Below are positions 1 to 12,899 of a DNA stretch of 64,000 nucleotides, piece by piece. Source of the DNA: Takakia lepidozioides (taxonomy: Eukaryota > Plantae > Bryophyta); the NCBI GenBank assembly GCA_030704615.1, contig CM060733.1, forward strand, positions 62,806,001-62,870,000, read 5' to 3'. Under the pieces are notes generated by a model that did not search any database, was not told the DNA's origin, and saw only the letters and a program-made list of their open reading frames with translations. Position 1 is the stretch's first letter. Each line of letters opens with the position of its first letter. A program made the position numbers and the translations under genes.

Positions 1-1955
1 TGGCAAATGTTATTTTGTTCGTGGCCAAATTATATGCTTGCATTAAAAGTGGGTCGCTGGCAATAATTGCCTCCACCTTGGATTCCTTGCTAGACCTGTT
101 GTCGGGCCTCATTTTGTGGTATACAGCATTTTCCATGCGAAGAAAAAATCCTTATCTTTATCCAATCGGCAAAAAGCGGAAGCAACCTTTGGTTGGTTCC
201 TTACATATTGTGTCTATATTCATTTATTTGGACTTGGTCGATGTTGTGAAATGTTTAAATTTTATTTTATTTTAAATTTTTAAATTAATTTTAAAACAGG
301 CCAGAGAAAAAAATTATTTTAAAGGAGGAGGACTTGGAATAGACCAGATGCGCTCTCATCCACAATTTTTAAGGCATGAGAGAGATACTTGAAGAAATGA
401 GTCCAGCAAGAGAAGAGATGGAAAGACAAAGACTAGAAAAGGCCAACATAAAGTGACATCAACATAGTGGATCTAAGTTTTGTTAGATAGGTTATTGGCT
501 TGCAGGGCATCTTGGTTTTTGCTTGTGTGATGGCGATGTTGGGGCTTGAAATTTTTGCAGAGTCTATACGCAAACTTATTTCTAAGGCAAACATTGTACC
601 CTTATATATTCCCAGCATGTACAATATCTATGCAAAATCATTTTAGTCACTTGAAAATGTTGTCATTAACGAACAAACATGCACCATATCTTAAAACCAA
701 TAGATGCAGTTAGAAATTTGTAGAATACAACAATCAAATTTAAAGATATTTAGCAAAACTATGCTCATTTGCCCATTCATGTTTTCACAATAGCATTTTT
801 GCATTTGCGCATAATAGAGAACCCTACTAGTTCGTAATTTGGTCATAATGCCAAAGTTTTGCAATAGTAGAAAATTAAACATTGTAAACTACTACATCAT
901 ATAGTACCTAAACTGCAGAAATGTGTTAAAATTGACATCTGTTGGTTGTGACAGGATCATGCATCTGATCTAGGCACTGGCAACAAAAGGGCTTGGGTGA
1001 TCGGCATCATGTTGGGCGTGACAATCGTTAAATTTTTTCTTACACTTTATTGTCGTGCTTTCAGTAATGAGATTGTGAGGGCGTATGCCCAAGATCATTT
1101 CTTCGATGTTATGACCAATTCTATCGGCCTAATTGCAGCTGTGTTGGCTACTATTATTACTGGTGGCTTGATCCTGGTGGAGCGATTGTGGTAAGAAATT
1201 TGGACGATAGTTTTTATTGCAATATTGTATCCATTTTTGTAAGTTTGTGGGACAAATTTTAATGACAATCGTTATTTTATTTATTTTATTTTTAAAAGAA
1301 ACTCTTTTGAAGATGGAAGCTAGTTGTCCCATTCGTGGAGAGTTTTCAACTTTTCATGGACAATTGAAATTGTATTATTTGCTGAATTTTGACAAGGACC
1401 GAACATTGAAGTTTAGGTAGAGGAGGGAGGGTGGGGGGGTTTATATTTTCAAAAATCTAAAAGACAGGAAATTGTTAGCTCCCTCCTTCTTTAATTCAAT
1501 AAGAGCGTTTTGTAAATATATAAGGTACAGCTCATTTATGTCTTTCGTCCTAAAAAATATACAAGTTCTCTTTCCCATTTTTTAATGGGTTTGTCTGTAT
1601 GCAGTTGGCGATGTACACAATGCGAACTTGGACACTAACCATGCTTGACGCTTTGAAATCATTGTCAAGCAGAACAGCGCCGCCTGAGTTTTTGGCAAGA
1701 ATTACTTACCTCGTTTGGAATCATCACAAAGAAATACGAAAAATAGACACGGTGCGTGCCTACACGTTAGGAGAGTTCTATTTTGCCGAGGTGGATATCA
1801 TGTTGCCAAAAGATATGGCTTTGCAGCAAGCACATGACATTGGAGAATCCCTTCAAGACAAGTTGGAAACATTGCCTGAAATCGAGCGTGCATTTGTGCA
1901 TTTGGACTATGAGGTTAGCCATAGGCCCGAACACGCGGGGCACCCTGACTATTGA
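1..1955 (+). CDS. MTP: Metal tolerance protein (cation diffusion facilitator, Mn-CDF/MTP8-11 group), 5'-partial. Exons <1-191, 506-586, 955-1190, 1605-1955; apparent 1-nt frameshift near 1150
   Basis: Motifs [20 protein letters not shown], [15 protein letters not shown]|[36 protein letters not shown], [28 protein letters not shown]..HRPEH. Acceptors AG at 504-505, 953-954 and 1603-1604; donors GT at 192 and 1191; exon 2 donor is GC at 587 (or GT at 596). Confidence 0.93.
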
Positions 1956-3619
1956 ATTTTTCCAACTGAAACCAAAATTTGCACCTATCCCATTGTGATA
2001 ATGATGGATGGTTGATGGGACATTTTGTTATTGTTAGAAAATGCAGTTGGATTAGAGATGATGAGAAGTTACTATTTCAAATCATTTACAAGCACCTAAT
2101 TTATTGTACTTCTATTAACCCATTACCTCCACAAATATCATGTTATCATTTAATTTCGATAATTCAAGTATGTGATCTACTAGACAAATAATCTGGATAT
2201 AGGGTTTTTTTTTTATAAATGAAAGTGGAAGCAACGTAGCTACGGCGTGAGTATGGCCCTGTGAGCGCTTAACCCAGAAAGCGTGACTGTAGAGTGGTGT
2301 TGTAGTAGAAAAAGGTCTTATACTCGAGGACATGGATAAGAGCTGGGCTTGTTATTGTGGAAAAAACACCAAAATAAGTAGAAAACTTTTGGAGAATGTC
2401 GTGCATCCATCATTTCCTTGAAATGGAAAATGATATGTAGGACAAAGAAGAAGTCCACAACTTAACCATAATAATCAATTAAGTTCTACACAATGTCGTG
2501 CAGTAATTCTTTCTAGAAATAAGAATATGATATGCATGACATACAAGAAATGCACAACTTAACCATGAAATGTCTTGAAATGGAGAACACCAAATGAATT
2601 GGATGAAAATCATCTTCAAATGTTCAAATGTAGTTTCGTTGCATTGAATACTCATGACAGTCAATCTCCAGAAATTCCCATGAGATGTTCCTGAATACCA
2701 CATAGACGAACTACTCAAATTGTTTGAGTTGTCCTGCTACAAAAGAGTATCAATTTCATTGTAACTTAGAGTGGGCTGGTGAATGAACTCGTATCTTTTT
2801 GGGTCACAAAACATCGTGTTGACAAAGATCTAGTAGATGATGTATTTTTCTCTTTTCTTGATACTACTTGAAAAACATGCAAATGATAGCAGGGCAGGTG
2901 CAATTTGCATAATTCCCCGCCCTAATGTCATATACCTTGTCATAAAAAATAGATCTAGAAGTGACCAGTGTGCACAACCGTCTATAGTCAGTGGGGGGGG
3001 GGGATACCCATAATACCTGTCACCGCGTCTGAATGATTGTTGCAGACTCCACGTTGCACTCATGATCCGTACCTGGAGGAATACAACGGACTGCTTTCCC
3101 ATTCTTGATGGTGGGGTGCAAATTAGCCTTGACAAGAGGAACTCGAGCAGCGTAAGGCAAAGCTATGGATAGTCTAGGCAGAACTGGGCATCGTGGAGGG
3201 CGAAACCCTGTGTCCTCCAACATAGCAAAGCCTCTCCCCCTCAACACATGTGCGGATGACAAATGATTTGTAGAGTGTAGGAGGATGTCCTCGCAACATG
3301 ATTCCAGTTCGACATTGGTTTGTTGATTGTGGAAAAATATAAGTTTGGTGCATCCAAAAATTTGGATACGACATTGTTTCAAAAACTGCATGTGTCTGGT
3401 ACTTAAAGAGAATGGAAGGTTCTTACTGGCAAGTATCATGGAGCTCAAATAATGCTTCTATAACAGCAGCTAGGAGCCATATCTATCACTAGGTATGGCA
3501 ACGACCAATAGTACGTGAACCTCTCCGAGTCTTTGGAGGAAGACACGGCTTGGAGATTCCACCTCCGCAAATTGATCTTATGGTTGGGACCTTGACATTC
3601 AAGAGATCACAAGTGTCAT

Positions 3620-3939
3620 TCCCAAATTGCAATCTTTGGGGGGGATACCTGGGTACAAGATAGAAATTTGAGGCACTGTGTGGGACACGTTTCCAATTCA
3701 ACGTGTGCAGTTCCTCCTAGTAAGCTTTGATGGTGACATCATTTTTAAATTCCTACCACATGTAGCTTCTGGCGGCTTGATAAGTCTCATGCAAGGGATG
3801 GATAAAAAGCATGATGAGCATCCCTGGTATAGAACGGAGATTTCTAATATTCACAATGAACTCGGCCTCGAATCTAGAAGGACAATTTGTAATGGTCACC
3901 TCCGTTGTGTCAATTCATCTTGCTAGCAATTGAGGAGCT
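3620..3939 (+). mobile_element. Degenerate transposon ORF fragment (N-terminal Cys/His, GCM-like zinc-binding region), cut by the LTR at 3940
   Basis: VQFLxxSFDGDIIF..MQGMDKKHDEHPW..SNI..CNGHLRCVNSSC resembles N-termini of SWIM-containing TE ORFs common in bryophyte genomes (recollection, not searched). Confidence 0.45.
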
Positions 3940-4888
3940 TGTTAGAGGGCTGTCTGGGACTTAGACAGTTTTACGGGTTCTGTGGGGCACCCTTAATTTT
4001 GCGCAGACTTAGACCAACAGAGGCCTTAGGGGTGACAGACAGGCTTACACAGTCAGTCACAGCCTTACACAACCTATCACAGCCTATCACAATCTATCAC
4101 AGCCCGACACAGCCCGACACAGTCAACCACAGCCAAACACAGCCTCACACAGCTTCACACAGCCAGTCACAGCCCAATACAGCTTCACACAGCCAATCAC
4201 AGCTCGGCACAGTCACAGCCCGACACAGTTTGGCACAGCCCGTCACAACATTCACAGGGAACGATTACTATTGGCAGGGAACGACTATGTGGGAACGACA
4301 TCTGCAGAGGGAACGTGCATTCTGTCTTGAATGACAGTTTGTTAGTTAGGCGGCTAGAACAACTTGCGGGAAGAATAGGCAGAGTAGCAACAGGGAGGGG
4401 GACACTTCTTGGATCACGACTTGGTCATCGCGGGAAGGAAGCACGAACTTGAGCGCAAGGATGGAGAGCACGGTGAAGGAGGAGAGACGATCTGTTGATG
4501 CTTGATTCATGCAAGTTGTAGAGATGTACTGTAGAGAAGATTAGAGACACCATGACTACGGCCTGATACTTAAAAGACAATAATCTGATACATATTTGAT
4601 ACACTCACACTGTGTAGAGAGACCTGAGTGAAGCTGTGGAATGAATGGATGAGTGGATGGAACCTGGTAGATTGTTGAAGCAATCTGATACTTAATTATA
4701 GACAATAAGGTAACTTGCTAACATGAATGCGAGAAGGAATACAAATAGGAAGCACCCCCATGATACACTAGCTGTAGGTCATGACTGATTGTTCTGAGCG
4801 GGCTGAGTGCTTAGAGATTTCCAACTCTTCTATCTTGGAGTTCCCACCTCGGATAGCGAAGGGATAGGTGAGTAAAAGCCGCTCGACA
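3940..4888 (+). repeat. 5' LTR of Ty3/gypsy family A, copy 1 (~950 bp, TG...CA)
   Basis: Starts TGTTAGAGGGCTGTCTGGGACTTAGAC and ends AAAAGCCGCTCGACA; both termini match the reverse complement of 56118-57131; followed by a PBS. Confidence 0.9.
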
Positions 4889-4890
4889 TT

Positions 4891-4908
4891 TGGCGACCAT
4901 ACTGGGGA
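4891..4908 (+). promoter_or_regulatory. Primer binding site TGGCGACCATACTGGGGA (probably tRNA-Arg type)
   Basis: Starts with TGG 2 nt after the LTR end and resembles the TGGCGAC...CTGGGGA PBS of Tat/Ogre/Athila-like gypsy elements. The tRNA identity is inferred. Confidence 0.75.
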
Positions 4909-7900
4909 ACTGAGTCCAAGGAGTGTGGGAAGTAGTGCAATTGGAGCTGGGGATACTATAAGTACAGGGGGGCTAGTAGTAGGGAGTTGTCAGGGGCCAA
5001 CACCAGGTGGGAGTTCCACCACTACAACAGCAGGTCCTCAAGGACCAGCACCAACAAGAGGACCAGCACCTGTCAGTGGGCAGGGTGTAGGGCCACAGAT
5101 GGCGGTACCTCCAACATGGGCAAAACCACATTTTCCAATATATGCAGGAAAAGGGGATCATGATGTACACATCAGCAAATTTGAGCACATGTGTATTGTG
5201 AACAATGAGAATGGCGATGATGCCAAGATGAGACTGTTTCTTTGTTCATTTATCAAGAAAGCAAGTGAATGGTATGCAAGGTTTCCTAATAATCATTTCC
5301 TAACCTGGAATGGCCTTAGTACAACATTCCGAAACAGGTTCAAGACAAGCAAAACTGAGAATGAAGTGTATGGGAGTTTACAACAGTTAAGGCAAAAGAA
5401 GCATGAAACTGTTGAAGAATACATGGAGAAGATGGAGTTAATGATGAAAAAGCTGGCTGCTGTACGAGCACCAGGATTACAGAAGACCTGGTCTGTGAGT
5501 GGACTAAGACCTGAATTACAAAAGAAAGTGGACATGCTACCCCATAATACAGTGGAGGAGGCATTCGAAACAGCCAACAAAATTGAGCAATTGGGAATGC
5601 TCAGGAGAGATAAAAGGGATGATGAGGACTTTGAAGATAAGTCAGATGAGGAAGAAGAGCAAGAGCAAGAAGAAGGAAAAGTTGAAGAGGGACAACTATG
5701 AGAAAAAATTGGAAGAAATCTTGAAAAAGTATGCCACAGATGCTGCAACACATTGGAGGAAGGGTGTTTGGTGTGCAAAATGCCAGAATGAAGGCCATAC
5801 CACGGCCGAATGCCACATGAAGGAGAAACACTGTACTATCTATAAAATGGATAATCATTCTACTGAGAATTGTTATTACAACAGAAGGACAACTGCGAGA
5901 GAACCTAGGCAAGTGAGGGTGCATCAAGTGCAACCCCAGCCAAGAAGAAACAATGATCAGGACCCACTATGGTAGGCCTGGTGGATATAACAATGGTATG
6001 GCAGGGAGAGGTAATCCAAGAGGGAATTACCCAGGCAATCCCAAAGGAAACTATCAGGGTAATCCAAGGGGGAATTACCAGCCAGGGAATCAGGATTATA
6101 GAAATAATCCCAGAATAGACCAAGGGCGAGGACCCAATGGTGAAGAACTGTGTTACTATTGTAACCAGGCACGACATCGCAAAGCAGCCTGTCCATTTTG
6201 GATCAAGCACCAGAATGAGATGAGAGCTCCTGTGAATGAGGGCCCAGTAGTGGAAGCTCACATGGTTAGGCCATGTTTTGTACCAGAAGTAAGTACAATG
6301 ATAGTTACCAGAAGCAAAGCTAAACTAATACCTCCAGTGGATGAGGAGGAAGATGTTAATGAAGATGGCAGTGATGTGCCTGAAGATGATGAGGCTTGGA
6401 GGGATGAGAAGGAACTGCACAAAGCAGTGGCTGATACCATAAGGGAAATGCAGAAGGATATTGATATCCCTATGGCAGATTATTCTGACTCTGAAATAGA
6501 AGATGAAGAAGGTGAAGAGGAAGTGAAGCAAGAGGCTTCACAAGTGTAGGATAATGAAGGGACTTTGGCTGAAGTAATATGCTAGTCCAAAGCTGAGAGG
6601 GAAGTCATTTCATTAATGAGACCATAGAACTATTGACTAAAGAGTTCATGATTGTGCACAGGAAGAGTACAACCTATTACCCACTGGGCAATGGGCAGGC
6701 AGAGGCCACCAACAAAATACTATGCACTATCTTGGCTAAGTAGTCAATGCAAACAGAACAGATTGGGATACAAAGCTGTTGACAGCTTTGTGGTCATACC
6801 GGACTTCATATAAAGTCACCACCAAGTATACACCATTCCAATTAGTTTATGGTATGGAAGCTCTACATCCAGTGGAATTCTTATTACCTACCATGAGAAC
6901 TGAATGGGGAAAGATAATGGAATTGGAGGATTCAATTAAAGTAAGGAAACATGAATTCTATCATGCGGAAGAAGTACGTGCTGATGCAGCAGATGACATG
7001 ACCAGAATTCAGATGAAGAGGAAGGATCAGTTTGATGAAGGTAAATTGAAGACTTTTAAGATGGGTGATTTGGTACTGTGGTTGCAGAAGAAGGGAAAGA
7101 TTAAAGCTTCTAAGCTTAAGTCACCATGGAAAGGACCTTATGTCATACAGAAGATGTATGATAACAACACAGCTATGTTACAAACCATTAACAAATAGAT
7201 GCTTGGTAGAGTCAATGCCAATAAGTTGAAAGGATACAGTGGTATCCATGGTAGACCATTGCAACATGATTTGCATCTTGAAACACAGATGCAGTCACAG
7301 ACTACACCGGTAACACCAACGGAGCATGAGGCACTTGTCGTAAAGCCGAATGTGTATGGCCATAGCAGAGAACACATGTGTTCACACAACCATCACAGCC
7401 CACCACAGTCTAACACAGCATATCACAGCCCACCACAGCTTGACACAGCCTGTCACAACTCAACACAGCCCACACAGGTTGCACAGTCCATAGGGTCAGT
7501 GACAGGTGGACACGAGTTAATGTCAAAAAAGTGGCTGGTGAGTGTAAAGACAATTTGGAAGTCAAACTCGGAGAATGTGCCACGCGGACAGAGGGAGACG
7601 GGAGAGTGTTTGAATTCAAACACGTGGCCTAAGGGGCAAAGCACTCTGCATTGCATGTACTGCAATAACGACCGCCATCACACAAGAAGACAAACAGGGC
7701 CGTCAAAGTACCTACCCAGTACCTCAGCCGAAACTTATTACGAGCCCATTAATGCATCAAGAGGACAGTTAACGGAACCCTTTACGCGTCCGACAAAGGG
7801 GAACCTTTGCCACATATGTAGTCCTAGTGGTCATTCCAAGATGGAATGTGAACAGATTAAGGTAAAAAAAAGAAGTTACCTAATGAGGCAACCAGCAATG

Positions 7901-8719
7901 TGAATCTCGTGCAAGAGACTCCATTCAAGAAACAAGAACAAGAAATTAATAAAATTATGAGCAGAAGAGTAGGGGTCATTCCGGATAACCAATGTCTCGA
8001 CGGGAGGGGCAATCAAAGCTATAGCTTTGTAGCTATGGCGGATATCACGGACTATACACTAGCTCTACTTCTTACGCAGTGGCGCAATGATGGACAGGTT
8101 GAAAGTACTTTCTCTCTCACTCACTACTTGCAAGCCCCGCGGGCTTACACTCACTTGCCTATTCCATTCTGTGTCAACCATACTTTCATGCTTTACGCCT
8201 TACAAGCTTTCCTACAGCTATTCCAAACAAGGCCTTCTTGTTTGTCCGGGATGAAGAGAATTAGAGGGATGGAGGATCTCAGGGTGAAGAGCACGACGAT
8301 TCTACAGAAGCAGACAATCGCTACACCATAGGTAGTGCAGCTGCTGCAGGAGCTGCGATTGGAGGGGTTGCTACTCAAAGAGGGGTATTTGCAGGATTGG
8401 GTGTCTCAATTTTTGCGTAACAGGGCAGTTTCTGCAGTGACCTCCCTACATGGTTTTACAACAAAAAACCAATGGGAAAAATGTTCCAATGGATGCCGCA
8501 AAGGCTCTACAATGAGCATTCAAGAAGCCTAAATGGCCACATGGATAAATAACCAAGCCTCAAAGGCTACAAGTCCCAAAACCCAAGCCCACACCGGGGC
8601 AGCAGTCCACTAGTACTCCTACAATTGAAGAGCTCTATTTACAAATCACCATTGTGGCATATTTTCAACTACATTGCATCACATAGTCCCACCATTGACT
8701 GGGATCAGAAAAGTAATCA

Positions 8720-9735
8720 TTCCACAACTTCTCTCATTTGCCCCTAGGTCTCCAAAGCCTCCATCCCGCGCCCTTGTTGTGCATATCCTGCAATCATCAC
8801 ACTCCACAACACCACATGTCGTTCAGCCATACTGTCGAACACTCCCTTTGCATCCTCAATGCACCCACATTTGGCATACATATCCACCAGGGCAGTGTTC
8901 AGAATGACAGGTGCAATTCCAGATTTGATGATGCCACCATGCATCTCTTTGCCCTTTTCCAGGGCTGCCAGGCCTGCACGAGCATTGCAAACACACAAAC
9001 GTGATCTGGTTACACTTCACCCCTTCCCCTATCATTTGCTCATAGGTCTCCAAGGCCTCCATCTCGCGCCCCTGCTGTGCATATCCTGCAAGCATGGCAT
9101 TCCATGACACCATATCTTGTTCAGCCATACTGTCAAACACTCTCTTTGCATCCTCGATGCACCCACATTTTGCATACATGTCCACCAGCCTCCAGGGTAT
9201 TGTTCAGAATGACATCGGGTACAATCCAGCTCTGACAATGTCACCATGGACCTCTTTGCCCTTTTCCAGGGCTGCTAGGCTTGCACATGCATTGCAAATG
9301 CACACAAACGTGATGTGGTTGGGCTTCACCCCTTCCCCCATCATTTGATCATAGGTCTCCAAATCCTCCATACCAAGTCCCTGCAAGCATCGCGTTCCAT
9401 GACACCACATCTCGTTCAGCCATAGACTTGTTGAAAACTCCCTTCGCATCCTTAATGCACCCACATTTCGCATACATGTCTACCAGGGCAGGGTTTAGAA
9501 TGACATCTGGTACAATTCCAGCTTTGACGATGTCACCATGGACCTCTTTCCCCTTTTCTAGAGCTCCCCTGCTTGCGCACATTGCAAACACAAACAAATG
9601 TGATGTGGTTGGGCTTCACCCTTTTGCGCAACATTTGCTCATAGGTTTCCAAAAGCATTCCTACCACACCCATGCTTGGTAAATCCTGCCAACATTATAT
9701 TCCACGTGATCAAAGATCGTTGAGGCAAGGTCCAT
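8720..9735 (-). pseudogene. PLS-class pentatricopeptide repeat (PPR) gene remnant with frameshifts
   Basis: About three tandem P-L-S triplets: ALVDMYAKCGCIEDAKxVFDSMAERDVVSWNAMLAGYAQQG..EALETYEQM..EGVKPNHITFVC..ACA.LAALEKGKEVHG. The frame switches several times. Confidence 0.9.
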
Positions 9736-12700
9736 CGGTGGTAAAAAGTCTCTCTTTTCACCCTCCGTCGTAGTTTCGCTACACAAAAATCCATGGTGGT
9801 GGCTCTGGAGTCTTTGACCCTGCCACTGAGTCATAGGTTGTCCGGAGTCCCCTCCAATTGTCCCACACCGCTAACAAGCCCACGCTTTGCCGTTTGAAGT
9901 CATCCTGACCTGCTATCGTTTCGATGCAACCATTCGCTTTGTTGCGATATTTCATCGCTATACAATTTGTTTCTTCCAATTGCCAAGCTCCTCGCCATAT
10001 GTTCCTACTGGACTTGAAAGGCGGAAGAACAAAGATGTCACAATCTAGGACTGGAACAGTCGTCCTGCATTGTTCGAACAAGATCACCTTGTCGTTACTG
10101 GTACCGAATTGGCAACCTAATCCGCTGTCGATGCAGCTTCCTACGGTCATCTTGATGCCAGAGCTCCTCTCCATGGTCGTCGCAGACACTGTCTAATTTC
10201 CTACGTGCTTTACCAAAGATTTCCAGATAACTAGCAAACTATCCTGTTTTTGGCAGTACAATGCCGAACCGCTTGTCTTATGAACAAAAACAATTTGAAA
10301 AAAAAAGTGTACCACATATGCATCTACAGTAGGCAACTACTCTTGTGAGTTATATCAGGAGACGGGAGCTTTGCGTAAAGGAAGTCAGTTGATGTTCGTG
10401 AGCGGGGTAATTTCCGGAACTAACGTGTCGTTGTTGGTGGACACACTCTACAACAAATTGCGGCTTTCATGACTGCCATGGGTGCGCAGTCATGGCAGAT
10501 TTGTGGTAGAAATGTCTTTGTAGTCGTAAAGCCTTTGAAGTCATAATGCAGGTCTGGGGAAGGCGTATATGCGACTGCATGACTCCGGACTCTGCTCAAC
10601 ACAGGTCAAACATGTTTGACCACGAATATTGGCATGGCGGATATGACTACCAGTCACGGTCATGGCTACACTGGAATGACGTGTGCATATTGCTAGACGG
10701 ACATATGACCTCATGATTCTCACTCTAATGCATTCTGCCAGATCATCATATGGATGAATGAGAGGGTGAGTCTGTGACAGGAAACAACTTATGAGGTGTC
10801 TACATATGATTGGTTGAGATATTGTGGTGCGGGGGATGGAAGTGAATATAACGGTTGCATACGAAGCAGATTACTAAGGCGTTTGGGCTATGTGGAGAAC
10901 AATTGAACACAGCAAACGTGCTAGAGAGGCGACTGTGCACCGCGTTCTGTATGTGAGGTTATGTGTAAATGGTGGCCGTGCATTACAGTGTTTGTTTATG
11001 GCGGACAACATCAAAACCAAGGCTCATATTGCGAAGCGACAAACGATCACAGGATGCATTCAGCGGATAGGCACAATCATGCAAAATATTCAATTCACTC
11101 ATGCTCACAAGTTTCAAAAGATTACAGATCAAAAGTCTCTAGCCAGTGAAGGGCACCCAAGAGAACATGAAATTCACTAGACCGAAATCAAAATAAATCA
11201 CGCCACCGAGTCTGAAACAAATCGTCCCGTATACGCCTCCTACAATTATTGACCCCTCACAGTCTGACCCCATTGCCACCATGCAGCGATGGTAGTAGGC
11301 CGTTCCAGTGCTCAACGCCGTCTGGTAGTGGAATACAAGCCTGGAGATACGTTTGTTCAGATCCACCCAATCGCACGCCAAAACATGGCCCAGCTGAAAA
11401 GAGAAATACCGGTTACGAATGTTCAAATGGCATTGAAATGAGGTTGCTGAGACAAGTATAGACACAAAATCAAAGTGAATGTGAGATGCACGATTATCAC
11501 AGGTTGAAACCAATAGGATATGGGAGCTTCAGGAGGTGGTACCTACCAAGCAGCATAACCATAGAGATACGGGTATTTTTGCCCACAGACAGCGAGTCTC
11601 TTGCTGCAAGCGGAAAGACAAAAAAAGTGAGGGACGGCCTCCCTCCTATGGACCCGCTCTCACCTAGCCAACAAAGGACGACTAGACAAGCATCTTCCGC
11701 TCTCTTGCTGATGCGCAATGCTTTAGCTTTCTGTGCAGCATATCAAATCTTGTGCTTTGCTGAATTTCTGCCATGCTCCGATGCCATGAAGCAGTGTGAA
11801 GTGTTTGATGTCGACGGCGCATGAGTACGCCCTTAGAATGCATAGCAATGGTAAAGACAGAAAATAGCGTTGCAAGCAAAGAGAGCAGGACAGAGGAATA
11901 GACCGTCTTTGGAGTATGAGAATTGGAGGGAAGGGCACATATATACCCCAAACTCCCGCCATCCTCACAAGCAGGCAACGGAACGGGGCAACGTTACGAG
12001 GTTCGGGAGTGGATGGCGCATCAATGGGAGATGAATTCCACCTTTAGGAATCATAAATCCGCAGATGTTGAGAAAATTGGAGAGTACTAAGTTTGTTGTC
12101 AATTGCTCCTGCGAAAGTGAGCCTCATAGGCTACAATGGGTTCCTGTGGGGCCTATATGTCATACATTCCATTGGGATCTCGAGAAAAAATAAAAGTAAG
12201 CTTGCAACTTTTGGACATGGGCATGCTAGGTTCCACAGTGAAGATTTTCATATAACCATTTACATATCCCAGGGGTTGCCATGGGCGCTGGGTTACCAGT
12301 ACTCACTGGTCATAGGCTACAATAGGTTTCTGTCAATCATATGTGCCATACATTCCATGGCGATTTCTTCAAAAAATAAAATGAAGTTTGCAACATTTGT
12401 GGTATCCATCTGAGTTAATAGAGTTCTGGTATTCAAATACCCATTAGAAAAAAATTGAGGCCAAAGAAAGGCTGTCCCAACGTTCATATGACCCCTATAG
12501 CCGCTCAAGGCAACAGCGATTTTTAAAATGCCATTTTGCCATCGTGGCAAAATGGTGGCAAAATGGGTTCTACGATGCTGTTTCCGCCGTGGCAAAATGT
12601 TGCCATGGAGGATGATGTTTTCGCGGGAAGCGCCGCGTTCTCGCGCTTCTCGCCCCTCCTTCTCGCGCGCTTCTTCCCCCAAATTTTCCTCGCGTGTTTC

Positions 12701-12899
12701 TTCTAGCAGGGTCCAATGCTGCAGGAAACGCCTGGAGGTGAGTGAGTGACCTTCATACCAGATAGATACAACCCCTAATGCAAGGAGCCGCTTGACATTC
12801 TTGGCTTCTTCATTGTAGTTCATGGATTATTCTCTGTAAAGTGGGCCTGTGCATTCGTTTTTGTCCATGGCACGGCTCTAGGTATGCTGCTAAAGCGTT

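Larger units (their letters stand above)
3940..8385 (+). mobile_element. Ty3/gypsy family A copy 1: LTR, gag (frameshifted), ~3-kb internal deletion of PR-RT-RH-INT(N), INT C-terminus, start of extra ORF; 3'-truncated
   Basis: Gag capsid region (FPIYAGKGDHDVHISKFE..ASEWY..L+Q+..ETVEEY) and CCHC knuckles; colinear and highly similar to 21260-27120 apart from the junction at ~6598. Confidence 0.92.

Noticed and set aside
3930-4334. 134-aa ORF rich in HSQ/T (and 56691-57080, 56735-57043)
   Set aside because: Translation artefacts of the CACAGCC repeats inside the LTR.
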